DNA from: Oscillospiraceae bacterium
Lineage (GTDB): Bacteria; Bacillota; Clostridia; Oscillospirales; CAG-272
Direction of reading: 5' to 3'
Assembly: GCA_015064285.1 (NCBI GenBank)
Contig: SVSN01000008.1
Coordinates: forward strand, 9,498 to 73,497
Length of the DNA stretch: 64,000 bases
A program made the position numbers and the translations under genes. Numbering within the stretch: position 1 is the first letter of the stretch; every line of letters begins with the position of its first letter. The notes below the pieces were generated by a model. It had not been told where the DNA came from, did not search any database, and saw nothing but the letters and a program-made list of their open reading frames with translations. Positions 27,790-39,275 of the stretch are shown piece by piece.

Positions 27790-28629
27790 ATGATGCAGAT
27801 CGGTGTATGCGTCCATCTGGATGCGATCGAAGGTATGGGGGAAAAGCTGGCGGCTATCCGTCAAAACGGCTTTACCACCTGTCAGCTGCTGGCATGGAAT
27901 CCGGAAGTATGGACGGAAGAAAATGCAGCTGTTCTGAAAAGTCTCCTGCAGGAATATGGCGTAACGCCTTCCGCTTTCTGGTGCGGCTGGATCGGCCCCA
28001 AGGTATGGAATTTCACCGAAGGTCCGAAGACACTGGGTCTGGTGCCGGAAGAATATCGGGCAGAACGGGTGAAGAACCTGTGCGACGGTGCGGATTTTGC
28101 CCATATTCTGGGTATCACCGACGTGATTACCCACATGGGGTTCATTCCGGAAGATCCGAACGATCCTGTGTTTGTTCCGTTCTGCGATGCGGTACGTACA
28201 GTTGCTGAACATATGCAGAAAAACGGACAGTGGCTTTTGTTTGAAACCGGGCAGGAAACGCCTGTCGCCATGCTGCGGTGCTTTGAAACCGTTGGTACGG
28301 ACAATCTGGGTGTGAACCTGGATACCGCAAACCTGATCCTGTACGGCAAGGCTAATCCGGTGGATGCACTGGATGTAATCGGGAAATATGTCCGCAATCT
28401 CCACGCCAAAGATGGTTTCTACCCCACAAACGGCATGAATCTGGGGCATGAAGCCCGTCTGGGTGATGGCAAAGTAGACTTTGAAGGACTGTTCGCAGGA
28501 CTGCACAAACTGGGTTACAATGGTCATGTGACCATCGAACGGGAAATCAGCGGTGAACAGCAGAATCTGGATATCCTGTACGCAAGAGAATATATGCAGG
28601 AAATCATCGACCGCGTATGCGTTGATTGA
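27790..28629 (+). CDS. sugar-phosphate isomerase/epimerase (xylose-isomerase-like TIM barrel)
   Basis: 279 aa. Family features ITHMGF, LLFETGQE, GVNLDTANL, LHAKD, IEREI. Confidence 0.8.
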   Translation: MMQIGVCVHLDAIEGMGEKLAAIRQNGFTTCQLLAWNPEVWTEENAAVLKSLLQEYGVTPSAFWCGWIGPKVWNFTEGPKTLGLVPEEYRAERVKNLCDGADFAHILGITDVITHMGFIPEDPNDPVFVPFCDAVRTVAEHMQKNGQWLLFETGQETPVAMLRCFETVGTDNLGVNLDTANLILYGKANPVDALDVIGKYVRNLHAKDGFYPTNGMNLGHEARLGDGKVDFEGLFAGLHKLGYNGHVTIEREISGEQQNLDILYAREYMQEIIDRVCVD

Positions 28630-28687
28630 GAAATAAAGAATAATATAAATAACATAATATAAATAACAATGTAAAAAAGAAAGGTGA

Positions 28688-30175
<1,488 letters not shown>

Positions 30176-30216
30176 AGTGTTTTTCCCGATCCACCATTGA
30201 CAGCAGAATAAAACAG

Positions 30217-30258
30217 AAGAACCGGAGGGATCCATTGCGGAATCTCTCCGGTTCTTTC
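30217..30258. terminator. bidirectional intrinsic terminator
   Basis: Hairpin GAAGAACCGGAG / CTCCGGTTCTTT with flanking A- and T-rich runs. It sits between convergent guaB and the SBP gene. Confidence 0.7.
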
Positions 30259-30280
30259 GTTGGTGTCAAAAATGGAGGAA

Positions 30281-31819
30281 TTACTGATTCTTCATATCTT
30301 CCAGAGCCTGAGCCCAGGAAGTTTCAGCTTTGGCGATATTGCTCTGGAAAGTAGAAGCAAAACTGCTGGGATCGCTCTTCATGGGATTGTAGATACACGC
30401 AGTGATAAGACCGCTGAAGTAGAGGTTGTATTCATCCAGGGTGTTTTTGGTCAGACCGGCCATAATCAGGTCGATGCACTGACCGGACATTTCGTCGCGG
30501 GAATACTTGGTCTTCATAGCAGTTTCCAGGAAGGCATCCATATATGTACGGTGTGCTTCGCCGCAGAGTGCTTCCAGGACAGCACCTACTGCTTCGATCT
30601 TGTTTTCTGCAGTGGATTTGGGAACACAGAGCACCGTACCGGATTCGTGTACACCAGCATAGTACATATCCTGTTTTTCATCCAGCTTGGGCATGGGGAT
30701 CAGACCGTATTCAGATTCCATTTCGCGCATGGAAGAGTCGGTGGCGGAGATCATTCGTGCGGCCAGGAACAGGCTGGCATCTTCCGTGAACAGTACAGCC
30801 TGGTCAGCAATGCTGCCTTTGCCGATGAAGGAACCGGCGTTTTCATTCATCAGAGCGTACACTTTTTCGATGGAGGTTACAGTACGTTCGTTGTTCATGG
30901 TGATGGTCAGTACTCCATCGGCATCCCGCTGGTACAGATCCATATTCAGGCTCATTGCCCATCCGGCCAGTTCCTCATACTGGTTTTCAGACCAGAGCAG
31001 ACCGTATGTATCGTTTTCATCTGCCATACCGTCACCGTTTACATCCTGATATGCACCGGCTATCAGGGTACTCAGATTGTCAATGGTGAAAGTGCCGTCC
31101 AGAACCATTTTATAAACTTCGTCGGCGTCTCCATACACATCGGTGTACATGGACTTGTTGAAAAACATGATGCAGGTCTGGGCCAGATTGGTCAGCAGCA
31201 TATCGCCTACAACGAAATGCATGGCTTTACCGTCAAGGGAGAGGGCCTTGTTGGCGAACTGCCACCACCAGGGAGATTCCCAGTTTACATAGGGAATGCT
31301 GGAGATGTCCCGCATGTAGGGGTTCATTCCCTGTCCGGCGGAGGTGTTGCCGGTTGCCAGGAAATAGTCAAATGTATCGTCGGAAGACATAACCACATTT
31401 TTATATACTGTAATGTCATTTTTCAGAGAGCCGCCCTCAGAGGCAGTCCACTGCAGATCCACATTCAGTCTGTCTGCAACGGAGTTGTTCCGTTCCCATA
31501 CCAGGTCAGAGACGATATCTCCTACATTGTCGGTACCGCAGACGTCATTGGTGATCCAGTAACCGCCGTTGGTGCCTTCTGCCATGGAAGCAACCCCACG
31601 GAACAGACAATTTATCGCCATGCCGCCGAAGTCAAGATCATCGGGCAGTGCGTCAAGATGATTGGCACGGACATCGGGAGCCGGTTCGGTTTCAACGGTG
31701 ATGTCATTCTGTGTTTCAACGGGTGTGGTTTCGCCGGAGGTACCTTCATCCTTGGAGCAGGCGGGCAGCACCATCAGCAGTGCCAGAAGAAGGGATGTCA
31801 GTTGAATACGTTTTTTCAT
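30281..31819 (-). CDS. ABC-transporter extracellular solute-binding lipoprotein (orphan, paralogue of 13460-14956)
   Basis: Start MKKRIQLTSLLLALLMVLPACSKDEG (lipobox). The SBP-like body shares blocks with the other SBP (e.g. LDGTFTIDNL vs LDGKWTLDKL). No adjacent permease gene. Confidence 0.75.
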   Translation of the reverse strand: MKKRIQLTSLLLALLMVLPACSKDEGTSGETTPVETQNDITVETEPAPDVRANHLDALPDDLDFGGMAINCLFRGVASMAEGTNGGYWITNDVCGTDNVGDIVSDLVWERNNSVADRLNVDLQWTASEGGSLKNDITVYKNVVMSSDDTFDYFLATGNTSAGQGMNPYMRDISSIPYVNWESPWWWQFANKALSLDGKAMHFVVGDMLLTNLAQTCIMFFNKSMYTDVYGDADEVYKMVLDGTFTIDNLSTLIAGAYQDVNGDGMADENDTYGLLWSENQYEELAGWAMSLNMDLYQRDADGVLTITMNNERTVTSIEKVYALMNENAGSFIGKGSIADQAVLFTEDASLFLAARMISATDSSMREMESEYGLIPMPKLDEKQDMYYAGVHESGTVLCVPKSTAENKIEAVGAVLEALCGEAHRTYMDAFLETAMKTKYSRDEMSGQCIDLIMAGLTKNTLDEYNLYFSGLITACIYNPMKSDPSSFASTFQSNIAKAETSWAQALEDMKNQ

Positions 31820-32007
31820 AGAAAACCCTTTCATAATGTAATTAAGTTGTATAATTTGCACTTGCATTATTATAACATAAATCGTTATTTTTGAAAATAT
31901 ATATCTTATCTAAAATTAAACGGAACATATTTGTATAATTCTGTAAATATTGAAGCGGATACAGGTTTATCCCGGAATTCCGGCTTGGGGACGGAAAGAG
32001 AAAATAC

Positions 32008-32061
32008 TTGACAATACAGGATATATATGATATAATTTAATTAACCAAAAAGTTAATTAAA
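32008..32061 (+). promoter_or_regulatory. promoter plus palindromic operator upstream of the ArsR/SdpR-like gene
   Basis: TTGACA-17 nt-TATAAT (32008-32036), immediately followed by TTTAATTAAC-N6-GTTAATTAAA (32036-32061). Confidence 0.6.
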
Positions 32062-32073
32062 AGAGGTGGTATT

Positions 32074-32421
32074 GTGGGGATTCAGAATACCATGAAAGCG
32101 CTGGCGGATCCTACCAGACGGGAGATTCTGGAAATGCTGAAGAAATCCCGGCTGTCGGCAGGGGAGATAGCGGGGCATTTTGCCATGTCTGCGCCTGCTG
32201 TTTCCAAACATCTGGGTATCCTTAAGGATGCGGAACTGATCCGGGACTGCAGAGAAGGAAAGTATATTTACTACGAACTGAATGTGTCGGTACTGGAAGA
32301 AGTGATGCTATGGATAGCAGAACTGAAAGGAGAAAAGGATGAAGAACGGATACCGGATACTGATCGTACTGATGCTGGTAATTCTGGTTGTGACCTGCAT
32401 ACTGCTGGTTCTGTCACCTGA
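32074..32421 (+). CDS. ArsR/SdpR-family transcriptional repressor
   Basis: GTG start with an AGAGGTGG RBS. wHTH ALADPTRREILEMLKK...LSAGEIAGHFAMSAPAVSKHLGILKDAELI. Confidence 0.8.
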   Translation: MGIQNTMKALADPTRREILEMLKKSRLSAGEIAGHFAMSAPAVSKHLGILKDAELIRDCREGKYIYYELNVSVLEEVMLWIAELKGEKDEERIPDTDRTDAGNSGCDLHTAGSVT

Positions 32422-32992
32422 CACGGTGCCGGTGCATTACAATCTGGCCGGGGAAATCGACCGGATGGGCAGCAAGTATGAATATCTGATTTTTCCGGTA
32501 CTGGCAATTCCGGTAGGCGGCTTTTTCGGCTGGATGGCAAAACGGTACCGGCATACCCCGGCAGATGAAAAAGCACTGGTGATCTCCGGTATCTGTGTCC
32601 TTTCGGTGATGGGATTTCTGGGGATTTACTTCCAGATAGCTGCAATCCTGTACGATCCGATGGCAGGGGGCGGCCTGCAGCTGAATGTGATGCGGCTGAC
32701 GGTGATGGCCATCGGTGCTATGCTGATGATTCTCGGAAATTTCATGCCCAAAGCAAGGCGGAACTCCTTCTACGGCCTGCGTACCGGATGGAGCCTGTCC
32801 AGTGACGAAGTATGGCAGAAAAGTCAGCGCTTTGCCGGACATACATCGGTACTCTGCGGTGTGATCATGGTACTGCTTGCCGCTTTTCTCGACGGTTTTC
32901 CCTGCCTGATCATGAGTACAGTACTGGTACTGCTGTGGATGATTGCCAGTGTGGTGATGTCATACCGATACTACAGAGAAAGTAAGAAGTAA
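32339..32992 (+). CDS. SdpI-family membrane protein (DUF1648 + SdpI)
   Basis: AAAGGAGAAAAGG RBS. The N-terminal TM plus VPVHYN motif (DUF1648) and NSFYGLRTGWSLSSDEVWQKSQRFAG are typical of SdpI immunity/signal proteins. Confidence 0.75.
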   Translation: MKNGYRILIVLMLVILVVTCILLVLSPDTVPVHYNLAGEIDRMGSKYEYLIFPVLAIPVGGFFGWMAKRYRHTPADEKALVISGICVLSVMGFLGIYFQIAAILYDPMAGGGLQLNVMRLTVMAIGAMLMILGNFMPKARRNSFYGLRTGWSLSSDEVWQKSQRFAGHTSVLCGVIMVLLAAFLDGFPCLIMSTVLVLLWMIASVVMSYRYYRESKK

Positions 32993-33024
32993 GAGGGAAG
33001 AAATAAGAAGTATTTTCATCAAAA

Positions 33025-33075
33025 AACGGCTTGCAATGAGGAAGTTTATCCCCATAGCAAGCCGTTCTTCTGTTT
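33025..33075. terminator. bidirectional intrinsic terminator
   Basis: 10-bp stem AACGGCTTGC / GCAAGCCGTT, with an A-run before and a T-rich run after. Confidence 0.65.
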
Positions 33076-33128
33076 CAGACGATTTCCTATTTCTTACATC
33101 TTAATTTGCGTGTCGCCGGAAGCCGTAC

Positions 33129-34442
33129 TCAATCAATAAAATCAAACTCAAATCCGGCGATGCGTACCGTGTCTCCTTCTTCACAGCCGGCGTCACGCAG
33201 CTTGTCGATGATGCCGCATTTTACCAGAGAATTTTCAAAATACAGCATGGATTCCCGGTCGTTGAAGTTGATCCGGTCGATCAGAGCATCTGCCCAGCGG
33301 CCTTCCACCACGAATACAGCGTCGTCTCCGCGGGAGATAGTTACATCTTCCGCACCTTCGTCGCTGATTTCCAGATCCTCGGGCGTGATCTCGGTTTCGT
33401 AGGTCAGTGTTGGCGGCAGGGTGCGCAGCTGGTCGGCAATGGCGTCCACCAGATCCTTCAGCCCCAGCTTTTTGGCGGCGGAGATGTAGTACAGTTCATA
33501 CCCCAGCTCGGCACAGCGCAGCTCCAGAGCGGATGCTTCTTCGGAAAGCTCGGGAATTTCGATGAATTCGTCCTCGGAATCCACCAGCAGATCTGCTTTG
33601 TTGGCAACCACAATTCTGGGTCTTGCGGCCAGCTCGGGAGAGAACTTTTCCAGTTCTGCGGCAATGGTTTCAAAGTCTTCCACGGCAGGACGGCCTTCGC
33701 TGCAGGAGATGTCTACCACCTGCACCAGCATCCGGCACCGTTCGATATGACGCAGGAAGTCGTGCCCCAGTCCCAGACCTTCGGAAGCGCCTTCGATCAG
33801 ACCGGGGATATCCGCCATGACAAAGCCGGATTCGCCGCCGGTGGAAACCACACCCAGAGAGGGTTCCAGTGTGGTGAAATGGTAATCCGCAATCTTGGGC
33901 TGTGCGGAGGAAAGAGCAGCCAGCAGGGAAGATTTCCCGGCGGAAGGAAGACCTGCCAGACCCACGTCCGCGATCATTTTCAGCTCCAGAATGACTTCTT
34001 TTTCCTCGCCGGGCAGCCCGGGCTTGGCAAAACGGGGAATCTGCCGGGTAGGGGTGGCAAAATGCTTGTTGCCCCAGCCGCCGCGGCCGCCGTGACAGAG
34101 CACGAATGGCTCATCCCCGGTCATGTCGTGGATAATCTTGCCGGATTCGGCTTCCCGGATCAGGGTTCCGCGGGGCACCTGAATGATCACATCCGCACCA
34201 TTCTTGCCGTGGTATTTGGAACCGGCTCCGTCACTGCCGTTTTCCGCCACGAATTTACGCTTGTACCGGAATGCCAGCAGGGTATTGGCACCTTCGTCGA
34301 TGGTGAAGACAATATTGCCTCCGTTGCCGCCGTCGCCGCCGTCAGGACCGCCCTTGGCAACATATTTTTCCCGCCGGAAGGAAACAACGCCGTTGCCCCC
34401 GTTGCCGGCTTTTGTATAAATTTTGATCTTGTCAATAAACAT
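33129..34442 (-). CDS. obg: GTPase Obg/CgtA
   Basis: Gly-rich Obg fold (GGNGGNG..., GGRGG), G1 motif GLPSAGKSSLL, and a C-terminal TGS-like/OCT domain. Confidence 0.95.
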   Translation of the reverse strand: MFIDKIKIYTKAGNGGNGVVSFRREKYVAKGGPDGGDGGNGGNIVFTIDEGANTLLAFRYKRKFVAENGSDGAGSKYHGKNGADVIIQVPRGTLIREAESGKIIHDMTGDEPFVLCHGGRGGWGNKHFATPTRQIPRFAKPGLPGEEKEVILELKMIADVGLAGLPSAGKSSLLAALSSAQPKIADYHFTTLEPSLGVVSTGGESGFVMADIPGLIEGASEGLGLGHDFLRHIERCRMLVQVVDISCSEGRPAVEDFETIAAELEKFSPELAARPRIVVANKADLLVDSEDEFIEIPELSEEASALELRCAELGYELYYISAAKKLGLKDLVDAIADQLRTLPPTLTYETEITPEDLEISDEGAEDVTISRGDDAVFVVEGRWADALIDRINFNDRESMLYFENSLVKCGIIDKLRDAGCEEGDTVRIAGFEFDFID

Positions 34443-34467
34443 TCGTCAGTCTCCTCGGCGGCCCGGC

Positions 34468-35016
34468 TCAGTTGTGGGGGCTCACCAGTTTATAATGATT
34501 GATTTTGTAGTTTTCGATGCAGTGGGTAATGATGTCCATGGCCTCTTCCCGGCTGCCGATTTCGTCTACAACAGTGTCCTTGTTTTCCAGCGTCTTGTAA
34601 ACGGAGAAGAAGTGACGCATTTCTTCGAAAACATGGGGCTGCAGGTCGTAGATGGTCTGGACGGTATTGTAATAAGGATCGGTGTAGGGGACGGCAATGA
34701 TCTTTTCGTCCAGTCTGCCGCCGTCGGTCATTTTGATAACGCCGATGGGATAGCACTGCACCAGTGTCAGCGGAACCAGAGGTTCGGAGCAGATCAGCAG
34801 TACATCCAGCGGGTCATCGTCGTCCGCATAGGTCAGCGGAATAAAGCCGTAGTTGGAGGGATAGTGGGTGGAGGTGTACAGAATCCGGTCCAGCTTCAGA
34901 AGGCCTGTAGACTTGTCCAGTTCATACTTGATCTTGCTGCCCTTGGTAATCTCAATAACAGCATAAAAAGATTCGGAAGTGATTTTTTCGGGATTGAAAT
35001 CGTGCCAGATATTCAA
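34468..35016 (-). CDS. ppa: inorganic pyrophosphatase (family I)
   Basis: 182 aa. Motifs YGFIPLTYADDDDPLDVLLI and DEKIIAV. Confidence 0.9.
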   Translation of the reverse strand: MNIWHDFNPEKITSESFYAVIEITKGSKIKYELDKSTGLLKLDRILYTSTHYPSNYGFIPLTYADDDDPLDVLLICSEPLVPLTLVQCYPIGVIKMTDGGRLDEKIIAVPYTDPYYNTVQTIYDLQPHVFEEMRHFFSVYKTLENKDTVVDEIGSREEAMDIITHCIENYKINHYKLVSPHN

Positions 35017-35055
35017 GAGGCGTACCTTGCCTTTCTTTCGGTTGGATGAGTTGGA

Positions 35056-36252
35056 TTATCGGTTGGACAGAATTTCCGCTGCCAGTTCGCCGAGAATCTT
35101 CACGCCCCGGTCGATGTCTTCATCGGAGGGCATGGAGTAGTTCAGACGGAAGGAGTCGGACTTGCCGTCAGGGTCACAGCAGAATGCGGCGCCGGTAACA
35201 ACGGCTACCTTGCGGGCAACGGCTTTCTTGACGAATGCGGAGGAATCCATGCCGTCCGGCAGGGTGCACCACAGGAACAGGCCGCCTTCGGGACGGGTGT
35301 ACTTGATTTCCTTCGGCATATACTTGTCCAGAGCTGCCAGCATTCGTTCGCACTTGCCGCGGTACAGATCCCGGATTCCCTGGATATGGGCATCCAGATC
35401 GCATTCGGTCATGAACTTGTGGCAGAGCATCTGGAAGAACAGGTTGGTGTGTACGTCTTCCACCTGCTTGGCTACGATAACCTTGGACATCAGTACAGAG
35501 TTGCCGCAGAGGAAACCGATACGCATCCCGGCTGAGAGAATCTTGGAGAAAGAGGAACAGTACAGTACCCGTCCGTCGGTATCAAAGGACTTGTATGTGG
35601 GAACGTCTTCTCCGGCGAAACGCAGTTCTCCATAGGGGTTATCTTCCAGAATGATCAGATTGTATTTCTGTGCAATGGCGTATACGGCCATCCGGTTTTC
35701 CAGAGAGGAGGTAATGCCGGTGGGGTTCTGGAAGGTGGGGATGACATACAGAAGCTTCGCACGCTTTTCGGTCTGCAGCAGGGCTTCCAGTGCTTCCGTG
35801 TCAATACCGTCAGCCTTCAGCGGTACGCCCAGGGTTCTGGCACCGTTGGAACGGAAACCGTTCAGAGCGCCGATAAAGCTGGGTTCTTCGCAGATCACAG
35901 CATCGCCTTCGTTGCACAGAGCCTTGCAGGCCAGTTCCAGACCCTGCTGACCGCCGGTGGTGATGATGGTGGTGTCGTCTTCGGTGCCGACACTGAATTT
36001 TTCCTTGATTCTGGCGGCAACGGCTTCTCTGAGCGGGACATAACCTTCGGTGATTCCGTACTGCAGAGCCTTGGCGGCATCGTTTGCAAAAATGTCAGCG
36101 GACAGACGGGCCATGTCGTCCACGGGGAAGGACAGGGGATTGGGGTTGCCGCCGGCGAAGCTGATGATGGTGGGGTCGGTCAGAGACTTGAAGATTTCCC
36201 GGATGGCGGAAGGCTTCATAACGGCAAGTTTATCGGAGAAAATGTATTCCAT
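35056..36252 (-). CDS. PLP-dependent aminotransferase, class I/II
   Basis: 398 aa. PLP-lysine motif SFSKILSAGMRIG. Confidence 0.85.
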   Translation of the reverse strand: MEYIFSDKLAVMKPSAIREIFKSLTDPTIISFAGGNPNPLSFPVDDMARLSADIFANDAAKALQYGITEGYVPLREAVAARIKEKFSVGTEDDTTIITTGGQQGLELACKALCNEGDAVICEEPSFIGALNGFRSNGARTLGVPLKADGIDTEALEALLQTEKRAKLLYVIPTFQNPTGITSSLENRMAVYAIAQKYNLIILEDNPYGELRFAGEDVPTYKSFDTDGRVLYCSSFSKILSAGMRIGFLCGNSVLMSKVIVAKQVEDVHTNLFFQMLCHKFMTECDLDAHIQGIRDLYRGKCERMLAALDKYMPKEIKYTRPEGGLFLWCTLPDGMDSSAFVKKAVARKVAVVTGAAFCCDPDGKSDSFRLNYSMPSDEDIDRGVKILGELAAEILSNR

Positions 36253-36529
36253 ATGTAAAGTTCCTTTCAGAGAGAGCGAAAATAATTCACATTATATTAT
36301 ACCACATTTCCGGTGGAATTACAAGAAAACCGGGAGATTTTTCCTTTGCCGTATATATAGAAAGAAGGAAAATTTATCTGTTCTACCCTGTGAAAACCCA
36401 CAAAAACCGAAGGAAAAACAGATTTTGCGGGAAAGCTCTTGCATATGCCCGTATTTTTTGGTATACTTATATATTATAGGCCGATTTTGTCCCCTTAAAC
36501 GGGGAAAGCTGAAAATACGGGAGAATCCT

Positions 36530-37282
36530 ATGGCAGACGTAAAAATCAGCGACCTGCTGAGAATGCAGCATACGCTGGCCGAAACCAAAGGCTGGCTGGG
36601 TGACCGTACCCCGGAGCATGCCCCCATGAGCATTCTCTGGTCCATTGACGAGCTGGGAGAAGCCATCGCCATCATCAAGAAAAAAGGCAGTCAGGCCATC
36701 ATGGACAATGAAAGTGTGCGTGAACACTTTGTGGAAGAAGTGGCGGATGTGTTCATGTATCTGTTCGACATGATGGAATCCTACGGGATCACGGCAGAGG
36801 AGTTTTCCGATGCTTATGTTGGTAAGTTCCGCCGGAATATGGGCAGAGACTGGGTGGAAAACGACGCCATGTATGAGAAAATTCCGGTACGCCGACTGAT
36901 TCTCTCTCTGGCTATGGTAGAATCTGCCCCGGAACAGGCCGCACGGATGGTGGAAGTACTGTCCAAAACCGATGTGAAACTGACGCTGATTGCCCATGCG
37001 GACACAGAACGGATCCGTGAACGGCTTATGCGCTGTGATATTTCCCCGGATGCTTTTGCCATGATTTCCGCTGATTTTCTGGCAGATACAGCGGCACTGA
37101 TGACAGCCGGACTGGCAGAGGATGCCCCCGATGCCGCTGCGGCGCTGGTGCTGGATCCGGAGGAAAAAATGGCGGCTGTACAGGCCGGGATCCGGACAAT
37201 TTCCTTCGCGGCGGACGGCCTGGGAACCGATTACACCTGCGGGGATCTGACCGAAGTGGCAAATATTCTTGCGGCAATGTGA
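36530..37282 (+). CDS. MazG-like nucleotide pyrophosphohydrolase domain protein with uncharacterised C-terminal half
   Basis: Start MADVKISDLL with a GGGAGAA RBS. EELGE/EE.D-type all-alpha NTP-PPase motif (IDELGEAIAI ... EEVADVFMYLFD). The upstream part of the 410-aa track ORF overlaps the aminotransferase gene and is rejected. Confidence 0.65.
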   Translation: MADVKISDLLRMQHTLAETKGWLGDRTPEHAPMSILWSIDELGEAIAIIKKKGSQAIMDNESVREHFVEEVADVFMYLFDMMESYGITAEEFSDAYVGKFRRNMGRDWVENDAMYEKIPVRRLILSLAMVESAPEQAARMVEVLSKTDVKLTLIAHADTERIRERLMRCDISPDAFAMISADFLADTAALMTAGLAEDAPDAAAALVLDPEEKMAAVQAGIRTISFAADGLGTDYTCGDLTEVANILAAM

Positions 37283-37413
37283 AGTCTGAGATACAGTGAA
37301 GGGAAGTGGTATCATGCGGTATACAGATTATACCGGAACCGACACTTTCAGAACAAATGATGATTACAGAATTTAATCAATACGGAAACAATACGAAAGG
37401 AATATAAAATCAT

Positions 37414-39201
37414 ATGGAATCCTTTACCAGAAACGACAAAAGAACCCATTACTGCGGCACACTGACCGCCGCAGACATCGGCAAAAAGGTATCTCTGCTG
37501 GGCTGGTGCCAGAGACAGAGAGACCTGGGCAGCCTGATCTTCATCGACCTGCGTGACCGTACCGGTATTGTACAGCTGGCCTTTGACGACACCACCGATC
37601 GTGAAATCTTCGACAAGGCATTCGGCGTCCGTTCCGAATATGTTCTGGCTGCACAGGGGACTGTCCGTTCCAGAGGCGAAGGTGCGATCAACAAGGACCT
37701 GCCTACCGGCGAAATCGAAATCTACGTGGAAAGCTTCAAGGTACTCTCCGCCGCACAGACTCCTCCCTTCGAAGTGTCCGACAATGCCAAGGTTGGCGAA
37801 GCCACTGCTCTGAAGCACCGTTATCTGGATCTGCGCCGTCCTTCCCTCCAGCGGAACATGATGATGCGCCATGAAATCGCAAAGGTTACCAGAGAATACT
37901 ACTACGAAAACGGCTTCATCGAAATCGAAACCCCCATGATGATCAAGCCCACCCCCGAAGGAGCAAGAGACTATATCGTTCCCTCCAGAATCCATCATGG
38001 TTCCTTCTACGCCCTGCCCCAGTCTCCCCAGATCTACAAGCAGCTGCTGATGCTGTCCGGCTTTGACCGGTATATCCAGCTGGCCCGCTGCTTCCGTGAC
38101 GAAGACCTGAGAGCAGACCGTCAGCCCGAATTTACCCAGATTGACCTGGAAATGTCCTTTGTTACCGAAGACGACATCATGGAAATGAACGAAGGCTATG
38201 TAGCCAGACTGTTCAAGGAAATCCTGGATGTGGAAATTCCTCTGCCTCTGCCCCGCCTGACCTTCCATGACGCTATGGAACGCTACGGTTCCGACAAGCC
38301 CGACACCCGTTTCGGCATGGAAATCCAGAATATTTCCGATCTCGTGGCAAACTGTGGCTTCAGCGTGTTCACCGGTGCTATCGAAGCCGGCGGTTCCGTT
38401 CGTGTCATCGTAGCCAAGGGCGGCGCTGCCAAGCTGACCCGTAAGGAAATCGACAAGCTGACCGAACATGCCCGCGGTATCGGCGCAAAGGGTCTGGCTT
38501 ATGTTCGCTGGGTTGACGAAGCGCCGAACTGCTCCTTTGCCAAGTTTATGGCAGAAGGCGAACTGGATGCTATTCTTGCCAGAATCGGGTGTGAAAAGGG
38601 TGACGTTGCCCTGATCGTTGCCGACAAGGATAAGGTAACTCTGCCTGTGCTGGGCGCTCTCCGTCTGCTGGTGGGCAAGCAGCTCGATATGATTCCCGCA
38701 GGCTACAACTTCCTGTGGATCACCGAATTCCCCTTCTTCGAATGGGACGAAGAAACCCAGACCTGGCTGGCTATGCACCATCCCTTCACCATGCCTCTGG
38801 ACGAATGCCTGGAATACATCGACACCGATCCCGGCAAGGTTCGTGCCAAGGCATACGACCTGGTGCTCAACGGTGTGGAAATTTCCTCCGGCTCCATCCG
38901 TATCACCGATGTGGAACTGCAGCAGAGAATGTTCCGCCGCCTGGGTCTGACACCCGAAGAAATCGACCGGAAGTTCGGCTTCCTGGTAGACGCATACCGT
39001 TACGGTGCTCCTCCGCACGGCGGTGCTGCACTGGGTCTGGACCGTCTGGCAATGATCATGTGCGGTGCCGACAGTCTGCGTGACGTTGTGGCTTTCCCCA
39101 AGATCCAGAACGCTTCCGAACTCATGTCCGCCTGCCCCGCTCCTGCCGATCCCAAGGCACTGGAAGAACTGGGTATTGCTGTAGTGGAAGAAGAAAAGTA
39201 A
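37414..39201 (+). CDS. aspS: aspartate--tRNA ligase
   Basis: 595 aa. Class II motifs FRDEDLRADRQPEFTQID and GGAALGLDRL. Confidence 0.95.
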   Translation: MESFTRNDKRTHYCGTLTAADIGKKVSLLGWCQRQRDLGSLIFIDLRDRTGIVQLAFDDTTDREIFDKAFGVRSEYVLAAQGTVRSRGEGAINKDLPTGEIEIYVESFKVLSAAQTPPFEVSDNAKVGEATALKHRYLDLRRPSLQRNMMMRHEIAKVTREYYYENGFIEIETPMMIKPTPEGARDYIVPSRIHHGSFYALPQSPQIYKQLLMLSGFDRYIQLARCFRDEDLRADRQPEFTQIDLEMSFVTEDDIMEMNEGYVARLFKEILDVEIPLPLPRLTFHDAMERYGSDKPDTRFGMEIQNISDLVANCGFSVFTGAIEAGGSVRVIVAKGGAAKLTRKEIDKLTEHARGIGAKGLAYVRWVDEAPNCSFAKFMAEGELDAILARIGCEKGDVALIVADKDKVTLPVLGALRLLVGKQLDMIPAGYNFLWITEFPFFEWDEETQTWLAMHHPFTMPLDECLEYIDTDPGKVRAKAYDLVLNGVEISSGSIRITDVELQQRMFRRLGLTPEEIDRKFGFLVDAYRYGAPPHGGAALGLDRLAMIMCGADSLRDVVAFPKIQNASELMSACPAPADPKALEELGIAVVEEEK

Positions 39202-39225
39202 GACCTGCTGTGTAAGCATAAGAAA

Positions 39226-39262
39226 AGAACAGTCTGTTTTGCGCAGGCTGTTCTTTGTGTTT
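39226..39262. terminator. bidirectional intrinsic terminator
   Basis: Hairpin AGAACAGTCTG / CAGGCTGTTCT followed by TTGTGTTT. Confidence 0.65.
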
Positions 39263-39275
39263 GGGCAGAATTATA

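Noticed and set aside
36050-36529. N-terminal 160 codons of the 410-aa plus-strand track ORF
   Set aside because: This part overlaps the 5' end of the aminotransferase gene on the other strand and then crosses obvious promoter and AT-rich DNA. A good RBS and ATG at 36530 begin the MazG-like domain.
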